From contig OX597835.1 in NCBI GenBank assembly GCA_951406725.2, positions 12,276,001 through 12,340,000 on the forward strand: a DNA stretch of 64,000 bases, in the 5' to 3' direction. Under the pieces are notes generated by a model. It searched no databases. It saw nothing but the letters and a program-made list of their open reading frames with translations, and had not been told where the DNA came from. Position 1 is the first letter of the stretch. The number at the start of each line of letters is the position of its first letter. Both the position numbers and the translations under genes were made by a program. Below, one piece after another: positions 61,313 to 64,000 of the stretch. This DNA comes from Octopus vulgaris. Lineage: Eukaryota.

Positions 61313-61592
61313 AAACCGGTGATTACCGTACGTTGACGAGAGGCAAAAACCTTGAAACTATAGTCCATGCGTATCACTTAGGTTTTCGAGAGGGGATGAC
61401 CTCCCTTTGCGAATATCAGAAGGGCACAGAAAGTGTGTCTAAAGCCAGCTGGAGACGATGATCTCCTGGGGCTAAAATCTTCAGTAACACCACCCCACCC
61501 CCCATCCAGTGGCTAGCCACATTGAGATGGCTAGTACACTTTACGTTGTCGAGCGGTTACTGTTTAGATCTCGTTCGGAGATTTATTAATGC

Positions 61593-61646
<54 letters not shown>

Positions 61647-61859
61647 GCACGCAGACACACACACACATATATATATATATTCACACGACGAGCTTCTTTC
61701 AGTTTCCGTCTACCAAATCTTCTCTCAAGACTTTAGTCGGCCCGAGGCTATGGAAGAGCACACTTATTCAAGGTGCCATGCAAGTGGGACTGAACCGCGA
61801 ACCATGTAGTTGGGAAGTAAGCTACTTACCACCATCGTTGACAGTCATAACCTCTCATA

Positions 61860-61902
<43 letters not shown>

Positions 61903-61907
61903 CGTGC

Positions 61908-61958
<51 letters not shown>

Positions 61959-62407
61959 CTTGAACTAATGAGTATGCACCAGTTCGTGTGCTGATGTGTT
62001 GAGTAAAATCTTATGGATATTTAAACAAGTCAATAGTAGAAACAAAGTTCGAACATCGATTAAGGTTGTTCATCATTTTTTTTTCAGTCTGCAGAGAACT
62101 GGCTATAATTTGCCGTTTATAATTATACCAATATATTACATACATATATACATACACTTAGGTTTTAATTTCTTCATTTCATCCGATCATGAAGAAGTCA
62201 TTATTTGTGATACACAATATGACTCAATATAATATGTCATTGCTTAAATTCCTGTTATCCACCATGTTAAAATATTAAACTGACCCATTAAGTATTGAAA
62301 CGATCGTAACGTAAGAATTATATATGATACCAATACCTCCATTCATGTACTTCATATATATAACACCCATACACACGCACACATATATGTGTATGTATGT
62401 ATGTATG

Positions 62408-62438
<31 letters not shown>

Positions 62439-62506
62439 GTATGTGTGAATGCATATATATATGTGTGTATGAGTGTAAACGTATATATTTATATTCTTTT
62501 TTCCAG

Positions 62507-62581
62507 TAATAGAGCACTATGTGAGAAATACTACTACTACTGGCGAGCCTGAAGCTTACACCAACTTTGAGATTTGCGAAG
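62507..62581 (+). CDS. Coding exon 5: IEHYVRNTTTTGEPEAYTNFEICE; the gene continues past the window
   Basis: Acceptor ttcttttttccAG, donor AAG|GTAATC, phase 1/1, open frame continuous with exon 4. Confidence 0.75.
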
Positions 62582-62652
62582 GTAATCAGTATTTATATGT
62601 ATGAATATAAGTTCGTAAGGATGTGTCTGTGCGTAAATGAAAGTATGTATGT

Positions 62653-62710
<58 letters not shown>

Positions 62711-62870
62711 CGTCGTAAGAAATTTGAAAAGCTAAACGCGAAACCGGTCTTTCTCCAAAACTATGTCATTGTAAGAAAAAAATTTTTAATATTCTTCAGA
62801 CATATTGACGCAAATATATATATATTTTTTAACCTTTAAGCCTTCTGTAGTTTTTTTCACTTTTTACTAT

Positions 62871-62934
<64 letters not shown>

Positions 62935-62938
<4 letters not shown>

Positions 62939-63319
62939 TAAGATAATTATTTTATTCTCAAACGCAAGATAATGCTAATAATATGACATGAACATGATAA
63001 ATCATCCCTATATTGTAGAAAAATCTGTCGGTGGTCAACCATGAGACTCGAACTCACATTCCTGTGATTACGCATCCAGTGCTTTACCATTAAACTAAAC
63101 TGACAGCGATTTATATATATCCTTAATTTGCAGAAGAATTTGTCGTTGGGGCAGTTTAGCTTAATGGTAAAGCACTTGACGCGTCATCACAGGGATGTGA
63201 TCTCGAGTCTTATGGCTGGCCGCCGACAGATTTTTCGACATAATATGGATAGCTTATCTTGTTAATGCTATATTATTAACATTATCCTGCGTTTGAGAAT
63301 AAAATTATTTCCTTGTCTG
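62935..63319. mobile_element. Palindromic MITE-like element with a tRNA-like sequence in each arm (partial copy at 53689-53935)
   Basis: TA|CAGATAAG..TTATTCTCAAACGCA ... TGCGTTTGAGAATAA..CTTGTCTG|TA; the arms contain A-box-like TAGCTTAATGGTA and B-box-like GTTCGAGTC. Confidence 0.7.
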
Positions 63320-63410
63320 TATCTTTCAATACATCTCAACGCTTCTAAAGCAAACTTTGTTTGTTGACTTTCAAGGTAAGTCGAATTTAATAAATATATG
63401 TATGTATGTG

Positions 63411-63460
<50 letters not shown>

Positions 63461-63473
63461 TGTGTATGTGTGT

Positions 63474-63513
<40 letters not shown>

Positions 63514-64000
63514 TTGTTTTATGTATATATACTTATATTCACCCACGCACATATTTTCTTCATTTTTAAATACCTAACATGGTCGAGTCCATTAGAACGT
63601 ATGAGAGAGACTTCAGATGAGAAAATATCCCCGGCAGAAAATGCTTCCTTTAGACATAGGTGAAAATATATAATGGACTGTTAATGGCGCCACGTTCTTG
63701 TTCGTTAGAACACGCGCGTGTCTACGTTATTTATTTTTTTTTTTTCATCAGTTCGTTATCTACGAACGCCAAATTTAACAACGGCAAAGAAAGAATGCAG
63801 AAACGCGTACATCGCACGATCCAATGATCTCATTCACAGCCCATTCTGTGTTTCTACACGTGAACAGAGGAAAGATATCACCCCAGCACTATTTCCTCAG
63901 CGGAAGCTTTTCTCTCGTCTGAATGCACTCATACGTGTTAAATAAGACTTTACATGAATATATATTATTCTATGTTGCTTTCTTTGACATCATATGTGTA

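Noticed and set aside
63351-63375. Possible sixth micro-exon (AG|caaac..caag|GTAAG)
   Set aside because: Contains an in-frame TGA when joined to exon 5 and has a poor pyrimidine tract.

Overview
AT-rich, microsatellite-saturated animal genomic DNA. The SINE/LINE repertoire and simple-repeat density point to an octopus (coleoid cephalopod) genome; this is an inference. Almost every ORF in the supplied track is translated simple repeat or SINE. One real spliced gene can be assembled by hand on the + strand from five phase-matched GT-AG exons (43416-43467, 46712-46898, 51889-52010, 56375-56581, 62507-62581). They give 214 stop-free codons that run off the right edge and encode a probable signal peptide, a compact loop-less C-type-lectin-like domain, a PAN/Apple-like domain and a Thr-rich linker. 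The second main signal is about 15 type I hammerhead-ribozyme-like motifs from several unrelated sequence families, five with a fully canonical core. They sit in (TA)n-embedded, often palindromic elements, and a Penelope GIY-YIG remnant is also present. Other content: three tRNA-derived SINE families (one shares its 3' tail with a GATA-associated Tx1 LINE), R4/Dong-like fragments in (TAA)n, a 5'-inverted RTE, mariner and Tc1 remnants, Helitrons, MITEs (one with tRNA-like arms) and an interstitial telomeric array. All calls come from reading the sequence by eye; no searches were run.
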